DNA of 64,000 nucleotides, from contig DF236996.1 in assembly GCA_000708835.1 (NCBI GenBank), forward strand, positions 30,397 through 94,396. The letters are read 5' to 3'. Positions within the stretch are counted from its first letter, which is position 1; each line of letters opens with the position of its first letter. Origin of the DNA: Klebsormidium nitens (Eukaryota > Plantae > Klebsormidiophyceae). The notes below the pieces were generated by a model. The model searched no databases and was not told where the DNA came from. It worked only from the letters and a program-made list of their open reading frames with translations. Both the position numbers and the translations under genes were made by a program. This document shows positions 1 to 10,785 of the stretch, one piece after another.

Positions 1-1839
1 TGGTAGTATTGCGCATCTTCAATCCAGATAAGTCCGCGGTGTGTCTAAACTGATCGCCCACTTTTGTCTTACCTGTGTGGTTCGAGTGAATCTTCCAGTA
101 GTTGCTGCAGAGGGTTGCGAAAGAGCGTCAGCTTCGTAATCAGCTAGCGAGTATCAGCTGTCGTGACCCGTGAACGTTCAATGCTGGTGCATGGAATATA
201 TCCCGAGCTTCGTGAGCTTGGCCAGCGCTTCACCGTCACTGACTTCGCTGAGAGTCAGAGAGAGGGCTTTGTTTGAATGTAGAAACCAGGCGCATGGCTC
301 ACCAAAATCTGCGCAGAAGAGCTTAAATCAGGTTGTGAACCCAGGAATCACTGTTGCAGTGGGTTTTGACAAAAGCGGTCATCTGCTGCTGCGTCTCTCC
401 TCGGAGAGGACGACTTTTAGCAGAGCACGACTTTCAAAAGAAAGACTGGCGTTGTAACAGCAGACAGGATTTGGAAGATGGAGCGCCTAAATTCTTCCAG
501 TGCCCTTCCGGTAGCGGAGGTATCTCCGCTTCGCATCATCTCAAAGATGGCTACGAAGCTGCTGCCCCGATGCACGCAAGGCTCTCTAACTTCTGGAATC
601 AACGCTCGATTTAACTTAGAGGCACAATCTTCAAACTTCAAACGATCGGTGCATGACTCCATGCACGGCTCGGTGACTTGGCGGCGCGCGGCCGGCCAGA
701 TGCGCGCGCGCGTGTGAGTGCTGCAGTATATATGACACTTGTAGCTTTGTCCACAGTCTCTCTTGCAGCGAATTTTGGAGTTAGACAATCTAAGATAACA
801 GCAGCTTGAAAGGAGTTGTAGCAGGATCCGGATAAGCATATTCTGGCCGAAAGAGATGTCTCCGAGCAGAGGTACTTTCCTTCTAACGTTCAACTTGGTC
901 GTCAGAGGGAATGTGAAGCGTTTGTTTCGAAGTTATAGATTAACTTCAAGCGTAGGTCACTTTTTTTGAGTACATATCGATTGATACTCTACACTAATAG
1001 ATGCATAAGCAGAAGGTAGATAACATCATCGGTAGTCCATAATAAGTGATGGGAGACTGGGAACTGATTGCACGCAGTTTGATGAAGGTTTACATCCAAG
1101 TTCAAGTTTACGCAGATATTGCGAAGGAAGGAGTATTTTCGTGATGTAACTTCGTTGAAATTTGGGGTTCAGAATGGTTCACGTTCCTCAATCTGCATTC
1201 TATCCTAACCAAGTCCTACATCAGAGATGGTACTGTCTGCCGTTGAGGCGAGAGTGCACAAACTCGAGGTCTATGACACTCCTCTTTATTGTCCTACTCA
1301 GTGTACAAGTTTTATTCAACAATCTGCATTCTTGAACAGCCCGATGATGTTACTCTATCAGGTGAAAACTGTTCTCGACACAGTTGCTCTGCGAACGACA
1401 CACCTGCAGGAGTGACGTTTCTTGTGATTAGTTCTGAGACTCAGGTCAGGAACTGTTTTGCTCAGTACGATGCAGACGGCTTCTAGTATAAACTTATCCT
1501 CGTATTCTCACATCAATGACGAGGTTTATGTAGGACACGGTTCGGTATTTGACATGCAGAAGAACGGAGATACGAAGGCCTAGGCACGTATGAAGTCCCA
1601 CTCTCGATGTGACTTGGAATGGGGGAGGATTTGTCTGTTCATTAAACGACGAAGACAACCTCAAAAGTAGCGTGCAGGCTCACGAGACAAACGCGTACCT
1701 CGAGCACTTAACCTATCAAAGACGCAGAGAAGGCTTTACGGAACCCAGGTTTCAGCATACATTGAAACTACACAACCATCGGATGAAGGTAATTCTGCTG
1801 GACATTCCTACCTCAGGTCACCCTTGTCGTCAGGACGGC

Positions 1840-4800
1840 CTAGGGAAAGTGCCTGCTCTCCTTCCTCGCTGCAAGGCAAGCAATTTCCCTCTGGTCAGTT
1901 TGCATTCATAAGGGATGTGACCGAGTGATCTTGTCTCCTGAAGTGCAGTCAAAAATCTGCGAAAGCATCAGGATAATCTGGAGACAAGTGAGCGCAGATT
2001 GCTAGCAATTGAAAAGAAACAAGGCCAGATCAGTTTCAGATTGCGTGACAAGGATAAGCATAAGTCAAAACAACCGAATCGAACGATTCAACCTCCAGAA
2101 ACCATCTCCGGCTTTACTGGAATCAAGCGAATGCACTTTAAGACGATTGAATTGCAGGAGGATAGTTTCTTACAGAGCTCCTCCTCCTCGCGCGCCTTCT
2201 CCTTGGCGAAGCGCTGCTCCTCGGCGAAGCGCTCCTCCTCGCGCTTCTCGTTGCCCTTCTCCTCGCGTTTGTTCCCGCGCTTCTCCTCGCGCTTGTTCTC
2301 GCGCTTCTCGTTGCCCTTCTCCTCGCGATTGTTCTCGCGCTTCTCCTCGCGCTTCTCGTCGCGTTTCTCCTCGCGCTTGTTCTCGCGCTTCTCGTTGCCC
2401 TTCTCCTCGCGATTGTTCTCGCGCTTCTCCTCGCGCTTCTCGTTGCGCTTCTCCTCGCGCTTGTCGTCGCGCTTGTCCTCGCGCTCGCGCTTCTTCTGAT
2501 CCTCCTCCCACAGCAGCTTTCTACCTCCCTTCTCTGTAAGCCAGGGTGGGACGGCGTTCAGTTGAAATGATAGAAGACAACGAGAGTGATCTCCTGCTTA
2601 TTTGGTTCAAGTGGATCCGTTACCGTTTTGAATTAAACCGATCGAAGCTGAAGTTTCGCAAGAACCGAACTCAGCCTCAAAATTCCCTTTTCTGTAGAAT
2701 AATTCTACCGTGTCTTTCTTAGTCAGGGGGAAAATCGTTCAATTCAGATGATCAACGCAACAAAAATATCTGTGTTTATCCCTCAGATCCCTGCCAAAGA
2801 GGATAGATGAATATAGTCAAGGCAGGTTGAATTTGGATGTTGTACAGAAATAGAGAGAACTAGGAAAATCTAAGTTTTGCACTTCCTCAAATCAGGCCGT
2901 AGTAAAATTTGGCATTTGACACGATTAATAATCAAGACGAACTTTTCTTTGCAGCGACTGAGTGCATATGATTAAGCCACAGACGCCACAGATCCTTGAA
3001 CATCAAAACCCGCAAAAGAACGAGCTTCAATGCCACTGACTTCAAATATTCAAATGACAACAGGAACAATACAGGCAAACAAACACTTACCGCGCCTGTT
3101 CTCCTCGCGCTCCTCCTTCTTCTCCTCGCGATCCTTCTTTTCGGGGAAGCGCTTCTCCTCGCGCTTGTTCTCGCGCTTGTCATCGCGCTTCTCCTCGCGC
3201 TTGTTCTCGCGCTTGTTCTCGCGCTTCTCCTCGCGGTTCTCCTCGCGCTTGTCCTCGCGCTCCCCCTCGCGCTTCCCGTCGCGCTTGTTGTCGCCCTTGT
3301 CCTCGCGCTTGTCGTCGCGCTTGTCCTCGCCTTCCTTCTCTGCAGACGAAAGAACAAAGGTGGAGTTGATTGTTCGGATCTCAGGAGTAGGCTGTTTAAA
3401 GACCTTAGTGCCCTACCATCTTTTGCAGGAGAGAAGTGGATGAAACACAAGAATAACACGTGGAAGAGCAGTTAATGATACGTGGGTAGAGTGGTAGGTG
3501 ATATCCCCTAAAAGCTTGTGATATTCCTCCAGCATAGACAAAGATCATCGGATTCGAAGACAAGGACTGTGGCATATCTTGAACAACTTGCTTAGAGGTG
3601 TCTTACAGTCATTGTGAATCCTAAAATCATGTGACCTAAATCAATGTATTTAAGCGCAAGGCAAGACGTGCTCAAGCAACCCCAACATGAATCTTTTTCT
3701 AAACCAAGTGACAAGATCAGCATGCTCAGACTTGCAGGCTCTTCCAAAGATCCTCTAGGAAAACGAAAGACAAAAGGTTCAGAATCACGAACCGCGCCTC
3801 TCCTCCTCGCGGCGCTTCTCCGGACGGCGCTTCTCTTCCTCACGCTTTCTCTCTTCGCGCTGCTTCTCTTCGCGCTGCCTCTCGTTGCGCTGCTGCTCCT
3901 CGCGCTGCCTCTCGTTGCGCTTCTCCTCCTCGCGCTGCCTCTCGTTGCGCTGCTGCTCCTCGCGCTGCTGTTCCTCGCGCTTTCGCTCTCCGCGCTGCTG
4001 CTCTTCGCGCTGCCTCTCTTCCTCGCGCTTCCTCTCTTCGCGCTCCTTCTCTTCGCGGCGCGGCTCTTCCTCGCGGCGATTGTCGTTGCGGCGGTTTTCT
4101 TTCTCCTCCAGGAGAGCCCTGTGGGCACCTTGGGCTGCAGAGACAATCTTTGACGTCAGCAAAAGCGCAGCCAACTGACGTCAACTCAACGGAAGCAGAA
4201 TAAGTTGTTGCATGGTTGCGGAGACCAGCTTGCGCATTTCAGGACTACAAATGCAAGCCACGGAAGCCATTCCTCATCCCTGTCTCACAATCCTCTGAAG
4301 AACAGGATATTGGATGCCGATCAGAATCTTTCTCTCTCTGTGGAAACCAAGCAGCCGAGCTGAAACAGTTGCTGTCAAGAGCGCCTTTGAAGCGGAAATC
4401 TTCGCTCACTGGAGCGATCGAACCTTCTGACAGCAGGATGGAACAGCAGAACGGTCGAGTTACTCACCGAGAACGTTGCCGGGTACTTTGCCCAGGTAAG
4501 CTGCACCAAACAGCAACCTGAATATCAGTAACGGACTTACGGGAGTATAAGGCAAAGGACGCTGCGTTCACCAAGACTCCCCTTCTGACGTTTATCCAGT
4601 CAAGACTGGCAAACATCTCTCAATCGGGCCAGCCGGAATGGGATACAACACAATTGGTCAAGAAGCTACTTGGCGCCCACCGATACAAAGCAGGCATCCT
4701 GCGGAGATTTTTGTAGTGATGAAACCCAAAGGGTCGCTGCCTAGAAAAGAATCATGGAGGTTTCGTTTCTACTTACGCCTGGTCTCTGCCTCGCTGGCAG

Positions 4801-5322
4801 CGGTCAATGTGTCGGCGAAGACCTGCGGTACGAAACGTATTCGTATTAAGCAACGTTTATTGCAAACATTCTCAAAGTTCCTGCTCTTCCCAAGATTAAA
4901 AAAACTTCAGACAGTGATCCGATCCCTCCCTTTTTTGACTCCCTGTACAATAACAGATTGCACTAACCCCCCTGAGCCTTCTGTCCTCGGAATCTGAAAG
5001 GTCTGACGATTGAAATCGAAAAGCTGGGATTAGCCTCGACTTCTATATCCAGTTACTCACTGGCTTTAACCTTATATACTGGACATACTCACGTTGCGTC
5101 GCTTTGCAAGCACTTGAAAGCGACTCCAAAAACTCCTAGGAGCTCATAGCATCAATACAACGAACCGACTATGAGGCAACAGTGAAAATCGAACTTAAGC
5201 AGATGAAGCTCACTGACAGAGCAACAGAAAAAGTCCACTGACGTAAGACTCACCGACGTGAAAGCCAGGCAAGACGCCATGAGCAGCCCCAGGAGGGCAA
5301 GCGCCAGCTTCATTCTCGCCAT
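1840..5322 (-). CDS. Putative secreted, highly charged E/K/R/D-repeat protein (~364 aa, 6 exons)
   Basis: Exons 5254-5322, 4777-4822, 3793-4134, 3091-3339, 2174-2533 and 1840-1868. All introns are GT..AG and all phases match (total 1095 nt). The N-terminus MARMKLALALLGLLMASCLAFTSVFA looks like a signal peptide. Three phase-1 symmetric exons encode REEK/REEQ-type repeats. The last exon (SRKESRHFP*) is the least certain. Confidence 0.75.
2174..2533 (-). repeat. Coding 12-nt tandem repeat (CGCGAGGAGAAG-like, R-E-E-K), module 3
   Basis: Visible ttctcctcgcgc periodicity on the + strand. Confidence 0.9.
3091..3339 (-). repeat. Coding 12-nt tandem repeat (R-E/D-E/D-K), module 2
   Basis: ttctcctcgcgc / ttgtcctcgcgc units bounded by CAG| and |GTAAG. 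Confidence 0.9.
3793..4134 (-). repeat. Coding 15-nt-type repeat (R-E-E-Q-Q / R-N-E-R-Q), module 1
   Basis: ORF-track translation 3785..4174 shows REEQQ/RNERQ repeats. Confidence 0.85.
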
Positions 5323-5465
5323 CTTGGTTGCCCTTGCAAAGCTCCGATGGCAGGACGGAATGTCAAGTTCCCGGCGAAAGGGGGCGAGAGAAAGCTTTTT
5401 CCAAGGGAGGAGGGAGATCACAGGACCCAACGAGCTTGAAATGAATTTCGAGACTGCTGGGCATC

Positions 5466-5473
5466 TTTTTATA
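5466..5473 (-). promoter_or_regulatory. Candidate TATA box (TATAAAAA) of the secreted repeat-protein gene
   Basis: Minus strand reads CCTATAAAAAG about 150 nt upstream of the ATG at 5322. Confidence 0.45.
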
Positions 5474-6798
5474 GGCACAGGTTCCTCAGCGGGTGCTGAG
5501 GGAGAGTGGTTCTGACCTCGACCTAATGTGGGTCTGTGTGTGTAATTTTGGTGGATATGACGGTTGAGGACCGCTTGCCATGCTGCTTTCTTGCAGAGTG
5601 CTCGACTTGAGCAGCTCTCCTAATCGACAAAGAAAACCACGTGCGTCAGGTCGGAGTCTTCGCCAGAAGCAGCCATAGCAGGTAAACAACAAACTCACTT
5701 GCCAGATCAGCTTCCTATCTCAAGGTGCAGATATGATATGCAGAACTAGCCTTAGTTGAAAGGATAGAGGGCTGATTGCCGATAGTGCCCTTAAAATATG
5801 CGCAACAGCTTTGCTTTACAAGAGCAGTACATGATTGATGTATAGGACACTATACTGCTTCCACGAGGTTTCAAGACTAGACTGCCAGTGCATAATGTCG
5901 AAGACATACGGCGGCGGCGGCTTTGGCCTCGTGGCGCAGGAGCATCGGGGTCGTGCTATGCAAACGGTGGTCATTCTGAAGATCAATAATGGACGACATT
6001 CTTGTATGATACATGTGACGTGGTGATGTGATCGATACGACAATCAATGGTCGCATGATTCCTTAAAATGCTTGTATCGGACTTTCCAAGGTCGACCTCA
6101 GTCTTTTGATGCTGCTTAGCCCACCCCTTGTCAACCTTTCTTGCGGATCATATTCTCATATGCACGTGATTGTCTCGCGATTTCCTTTAATTTTCCCGGT
6201 TCGTGTAACCGAGTTGCTTCGTCCGCATCGAGTCTCCAAGAGTCAGCACAACCAGCTTGGATAGCAAGCCGATGTCGGCACGCATAGCAACTTTCTATCC
6301 TTGTTCGAGTCGCCGCGCTATATGGAGCACGGGTGTTTCCAAGGATACCGGGATGTCGAGCCGCCGCACACACGCTTCACATCCTGGGCTCCATTCTCAT
6401 CATGACTAAATGACGAGCTTTCTGGTTCGATTCCCAAATCATGGACAGTATCTTCTGCAATGGGGCCAAGCGAACACGTCTGCACAAGACGGAGAAGACG
6501 TCTGCTTGCCTGGACTCCAAATATCAAAAACCAAGATCGTTCTCGAGAAACTCGATCAAGCACTTCAGCTTTCTGAGTGCGACTTGTGTCATTTGCGCTT
6601 GCTTTGGCTGCAGCAATGTCCGTTACCTTGACCGTGGAGCCAATCTAGCGCTTTCGAGCAGAACGAAAGCCCTTTTGGATTACCTCTCAACACTCAGACC
6701 AATTGGATCGGCTAAGGCGGTGTCTTGTCGACTTTCCCAACAAATGCACGCTCTTCAGTTACTGGCTGAGCAGGGAGGAGAGTCATTGATTCTGGGCC

Positions 6799-6918
6799 CC
6801 GGGGCCGGGGATGCTGTCGGTAAGGATGACGTGGCGGCGTTGACGGGCGAAACCCTTCGGCGAGGCTTCTGCCCAAACCCCACCACGTCATCCTCTCCAA
6901 CAGCGTCCCCGGCCCCGG
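6799..6918. other. Long imperfect inverted repeat / hairpin (36-bp arms, 32/36 matching)
   Basis: Arm 6799-6834 is the reverse complement of 6883-6918. The loop has further internal pairing (GGGC..GCCC). Confidence 0.85.
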
Positions 6919-8018
6919 TAGTCACTGGCTGTATGTAAGGTCTGCGCGACTTCACATACGGCTTAATCGCGCGGCGCGTGCTGCAAGCGTGGTACACAGC
7001 TTTCTAACTTTAACTGTACTGCGCGCTGAGGTGCATGCGCATCTCACTCTCTTTTTTAATCGAATCCCCGCGCGAACTTGACTCATCACCGCGCCCCTCC
7101 CCGGTGCGCCGGGTTCCCACCTCCGGACGTACTCATACTTGACTTCCGTTTGCACCTGGTCGAAGTCTAGCATCACTCTGAGTTACGTCTGTACTGTTGA
7201 CTTCGATCACTGCCTGCGGCGCGGGTGGGGTTCGGTCGGAGGTCCAGGGAGGTTATGGTTGCGGAGCATGTTAACCTCGGGTTTAAGATCCTTCAACGAC
7301 GCAACAGCGAGAAATATCTGGTAGGCTTCGGGTGACCAGTGCCGAGCATGGGCGAAGTCTTGCGGGGGCACCGCGACGCGCGGATTGCCTGTGGCCATGC
7401 GCCGGGTGGAAAGCGCGCGGGGGATGGAGAGTACGCGCGTGGCGTCCCGGGCAGTCGCTACGCCCGAATTGCCAGTGGTCATGCCCGGGCAAAAGTGCGC
7501 GCACGGGGCGAAGAGCGCGCGCGGCGAGGCGCCGCGCGAGGCGGCCGCGAGTAGGCTTCGTCTGACGGGCAGCATGTGACTGCGGGAGTGGCATGAGAAG
7601 AACCATCCAAGAGGCTGATCAGAAGGATGTGGTATTGCAATCGTAAGGGTCGAGAAAGAAGCTGTTTGAAACATGTGGTGTGGGATCGGTGTCGTACGAC
7701 GACATTCTTTGTGGAAGATAGCTGAGAAACCGGGCCAAGCTCGAAGGATTTTGTTTTGGTACACGACTTGTTCGAGAGTGACACGGAGTGAAACAGTGAC
7801 ATCAGCATACTACTTCTCTGGACGGTTCCCGGTGATTCCCAGCCATTCCGCGGATCTGCGGTCCGCCTGTGATACAGTCCGTCATTCCTGCAAGCGGAAG
7901 CCGTCTCTGATTTTGGAGCCACGTTTTGAAAGCAGTCTCATCTCCGTCTTTGTTCAAGTCGGAGCAGCCTCTCCTGGTACGAACGCTCTCTAAATAGGCA
8001 GCCGGCCCTTCTAGCAGG

Positions 8019-9559
8019 ATGAGCTCCCTTGAAGGGCAGACGCCTTACGTGAGGGATACAAGAGCTGCAGGCAACCCTTTTGATCTGCTACCACGTGAGG
8101 TAGTCGAGGACATTCTTGGATTGGATGAACGACACGGATGTATTCACTTGGAACCATTCTTTCCAGACCGCGACCACTTGAGGCGTTTGAGGTCAACTTG
8201 CAAGCTGTTTCATTCTCTCATTTCAGAAGCGAGGTTCTTCGAGTGGAAGTTCGTCGACAGGACAGCAGGGCCAGGTTTCTCACATTCATCTCCAACAATC
8301 TCGAAGCAAGATGGAAGGAGCTGAAGCTAAACGTGTATTACGGTTGCCCGCTCGATCTGAGGACCGTTCTTCCAGCCATCCTATGCTTTGCAGAGACCCT
8401 TGAGTCAATCACTGTTCTATACAGAACTGATAAAAGCGGAAGAGGGGACCTCCTCGGGTCAGAAGTCGTCTTTGACATTCTTCAGGCATGCAAACGCTTG
8501 AGACACGTCTGCATTCGGTGTGAAGGACCAGGAGCAGCATCCTGTAGGGTGGTGAAGCCTCCAACGAAGCCTCTCTCCGCTCTGAATGAGCTCTCTTTGT
8601 TCAACCTCTGTATGTCAGCAGCAGCCGTGCAAGAAATGCTGCCAATGTTCCCTCAGCTGCAGCACCTGTACGTCCTTATCGGGCAATCTGAGAAGATTGA
8701 AAACCGAGGTGACTGCATTTTGGAGTCCCGCACCTTGAAGAAACTCAACTGGACCGATGTGAATGCGACGAGGGGCACCAGACTTGAGATCAGATCTTGT
8801 TTACTGCGGGAACTGACCATAATTCAGACGTTTGGATTCGTCTCCATAACTTGTCCCTCGCTGGAGAACTTTAGGGCGTATGGAGGATTTTGTGTCCAAT
8901 CTACTGGTATCATGCCTCTGTTGAGAGACGTCTCCGTCGACCCTACCAAGTGGATCAACATTGCAGAGATCTCAAGAGCTGCACCCAAATTGGCGTCGCT
9001 TCAAATTGCCGGTGACTGTCGCAAAGAAGGGATTCCAATGTTGGATATGTTCAGAAAGATTGTGAAGCTGGATATAGGTTGTCAAGCCTGGGATTCGATC
9101 TGTAGGGCAGCTGAGACAGGCGACCTTAAGCAGGAAGCTAGGGGAACGGATTCGCCATGCTCCGGAAGGCTCGAGCACATTCAGATCAGATTCAGTCCGG
9201 ATAAGCCTCCCACGCGCCAATCGGCATCAACACTGCAGCAGATCCTGGCAGCTAGTTGTAGCCGAGTGCGGTGCGTGGACATCTTTCTTATGCGAGGATC
9301 TCACCGAGAGACCAAAGAGATAGTTCCTTGGATTCTACCGTTAAGCAGAATGTTTCCGTCATGCATCTTTACATTGAAGGACGTATATGACGACGTAGCT
9401 TTTGTCGTTAGGAGTGAACAGGTAAAGCAGTACTGCAGATGGCATCGAAACTGCCCGCCCGGAGATTCAGGAACTTGCGGGCTGCATAACGCTGAGCGGG
9501 CAGGTGAGAAAGTGCTAAATGCGGCCACTGTTCTTTCCCCAGCATGCAACCAAACTTAG
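8019..9559 (+). pseudogene. Intronless F-box + LRR/RNI-like gene with one frameshift near 8255-8270
   Basis: Frame 1 (8019-) has an F-box motif FDLLPREVVEDIL..LRSTCKLFHSLI. Frame 2 continues with LRR-like L..L.L motifs (LRHVCIRC, LNELSLFN, LQHLYV, LKKLNW, LENFRAY) to the stop at 9559. No plausibly sized intron bridges the two frames. Confidence 0.7.
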
Positions 9560-10785
9560 GTAGGACTTCGCTCAGATATTTGGTATCCAGCGCAATTGTG
9601 AAACAGCTTTGTTATCCAAAAAACCCTGATGCTGCGCGATGTTTGCCGCTTGCGGGCAGCTCGCAGATCAAGGAAATTACCGCGTAGAATCTGGAACGAG
9701 AACTTGAAGCCTTTAAAGTGTGAGTTCGGGTGGCTGATGTCGTGATATGTAGCTGAAGCTCCGTCTGGAATACGTTCATCTAGTTCATATGTACGACGGT
9801 GTAATGCCAGACTACGACAAGGATCTAGACGTGATTGCTCCTGAAACACTCGTCAATGATCCAAATAATATGCTATATCGAGCATTGAGGGCTCACTCCT
9901 GTCGAGCCGAAGTCAATGCTTGCATGTTGTGTGACCGCAGATCATGTCCTATGGACCGCAGACAACGTTGCACTGAAATCGGCCGCCATGCTACGTGTAG
10001 ACCAAACCCGTTTATTACGCTCATATGCTAAGGTCGGCTAGCTGTGAATCAGCTGGCATGCATGCATCATGCAAGGCCATTCACTCTTGCTAAAAAGGAT
10101 CGTTCGTGAGTAGCGTAAGTCTGAGCAGAGACGTGCAGTCATGTAAAATGTCTAGTCACCGGGTCATTGGTGCAGCGGCACGGCCAGCCATTTATCTATT
10201 AGCTTCCAAGCTCAATGATCCACAACGCAACTCTAACAAGGGCAACTCGCTTGATAAACTAAAGTACTGATCGATATGGCAGCATGTTGACTCCGAGTTT
10301 AGAGTATACCGTTGAGATTGCGCTGGCATGCGTTCATGAGTTTGCGCAAGTATGCAGCACGAACTTATCACAAGCCCTGATATAATACAGTCGGAGCTGG
10401 AAAAAGAAGGCTTGGATTCAAGGATCGATGATATGTGACGATTTATGGCAAGCCTGAAGGGCATGCAGAAACATCGATCACAAGCGCAAACAGAATCAGC
10501 GATGCTTGCGGAAAGAGTTAAGGGAAGCCACTCCAATTCAGCTGGTCTAAGCTATGCAACACTGTTGCAAAGTCTGCCTTTGCATCTTTGTTAACCTGCG
10601 TTGACCGCGGAGCGACTGATCGCCTGCCGCTTTCAGGCTTGAATAAGCTCGCATCTTGACCGTACACACTTAAGACTTTGAAGAAAAATGATGCTTCTGC
10701 AAAACAATTGCAGTTCTTTGGATGCATACGCTGGCACTTTCACCTACCTACATACTTTACTAAGCAGTTCGCTATATATATGTTT

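Noticed and set aside
73-104. Possible 32-nt minus-strand exon (CTGCAG|...|GTAAGA) of a gene leaving the left edge
   Set aside because: Too short and has no recognisable homology or partner exon in the window.
1999-4184. Long Ser/Arg-rich and Leu/Ala-rich 'membrane protein' ORFs on the + strand and in alternative - frames
   Set aside because: They are shadows of the 12-15 nt coding repeats. Only the E/K/R frame is bounded by phase-consistent splice sites.
6410-6660. LRR-like fragment (LSECDLCHLRLLWLQQCP)
   Set aside because: Short, interrupted by stops and without convincing gene structure; at best a remnant.
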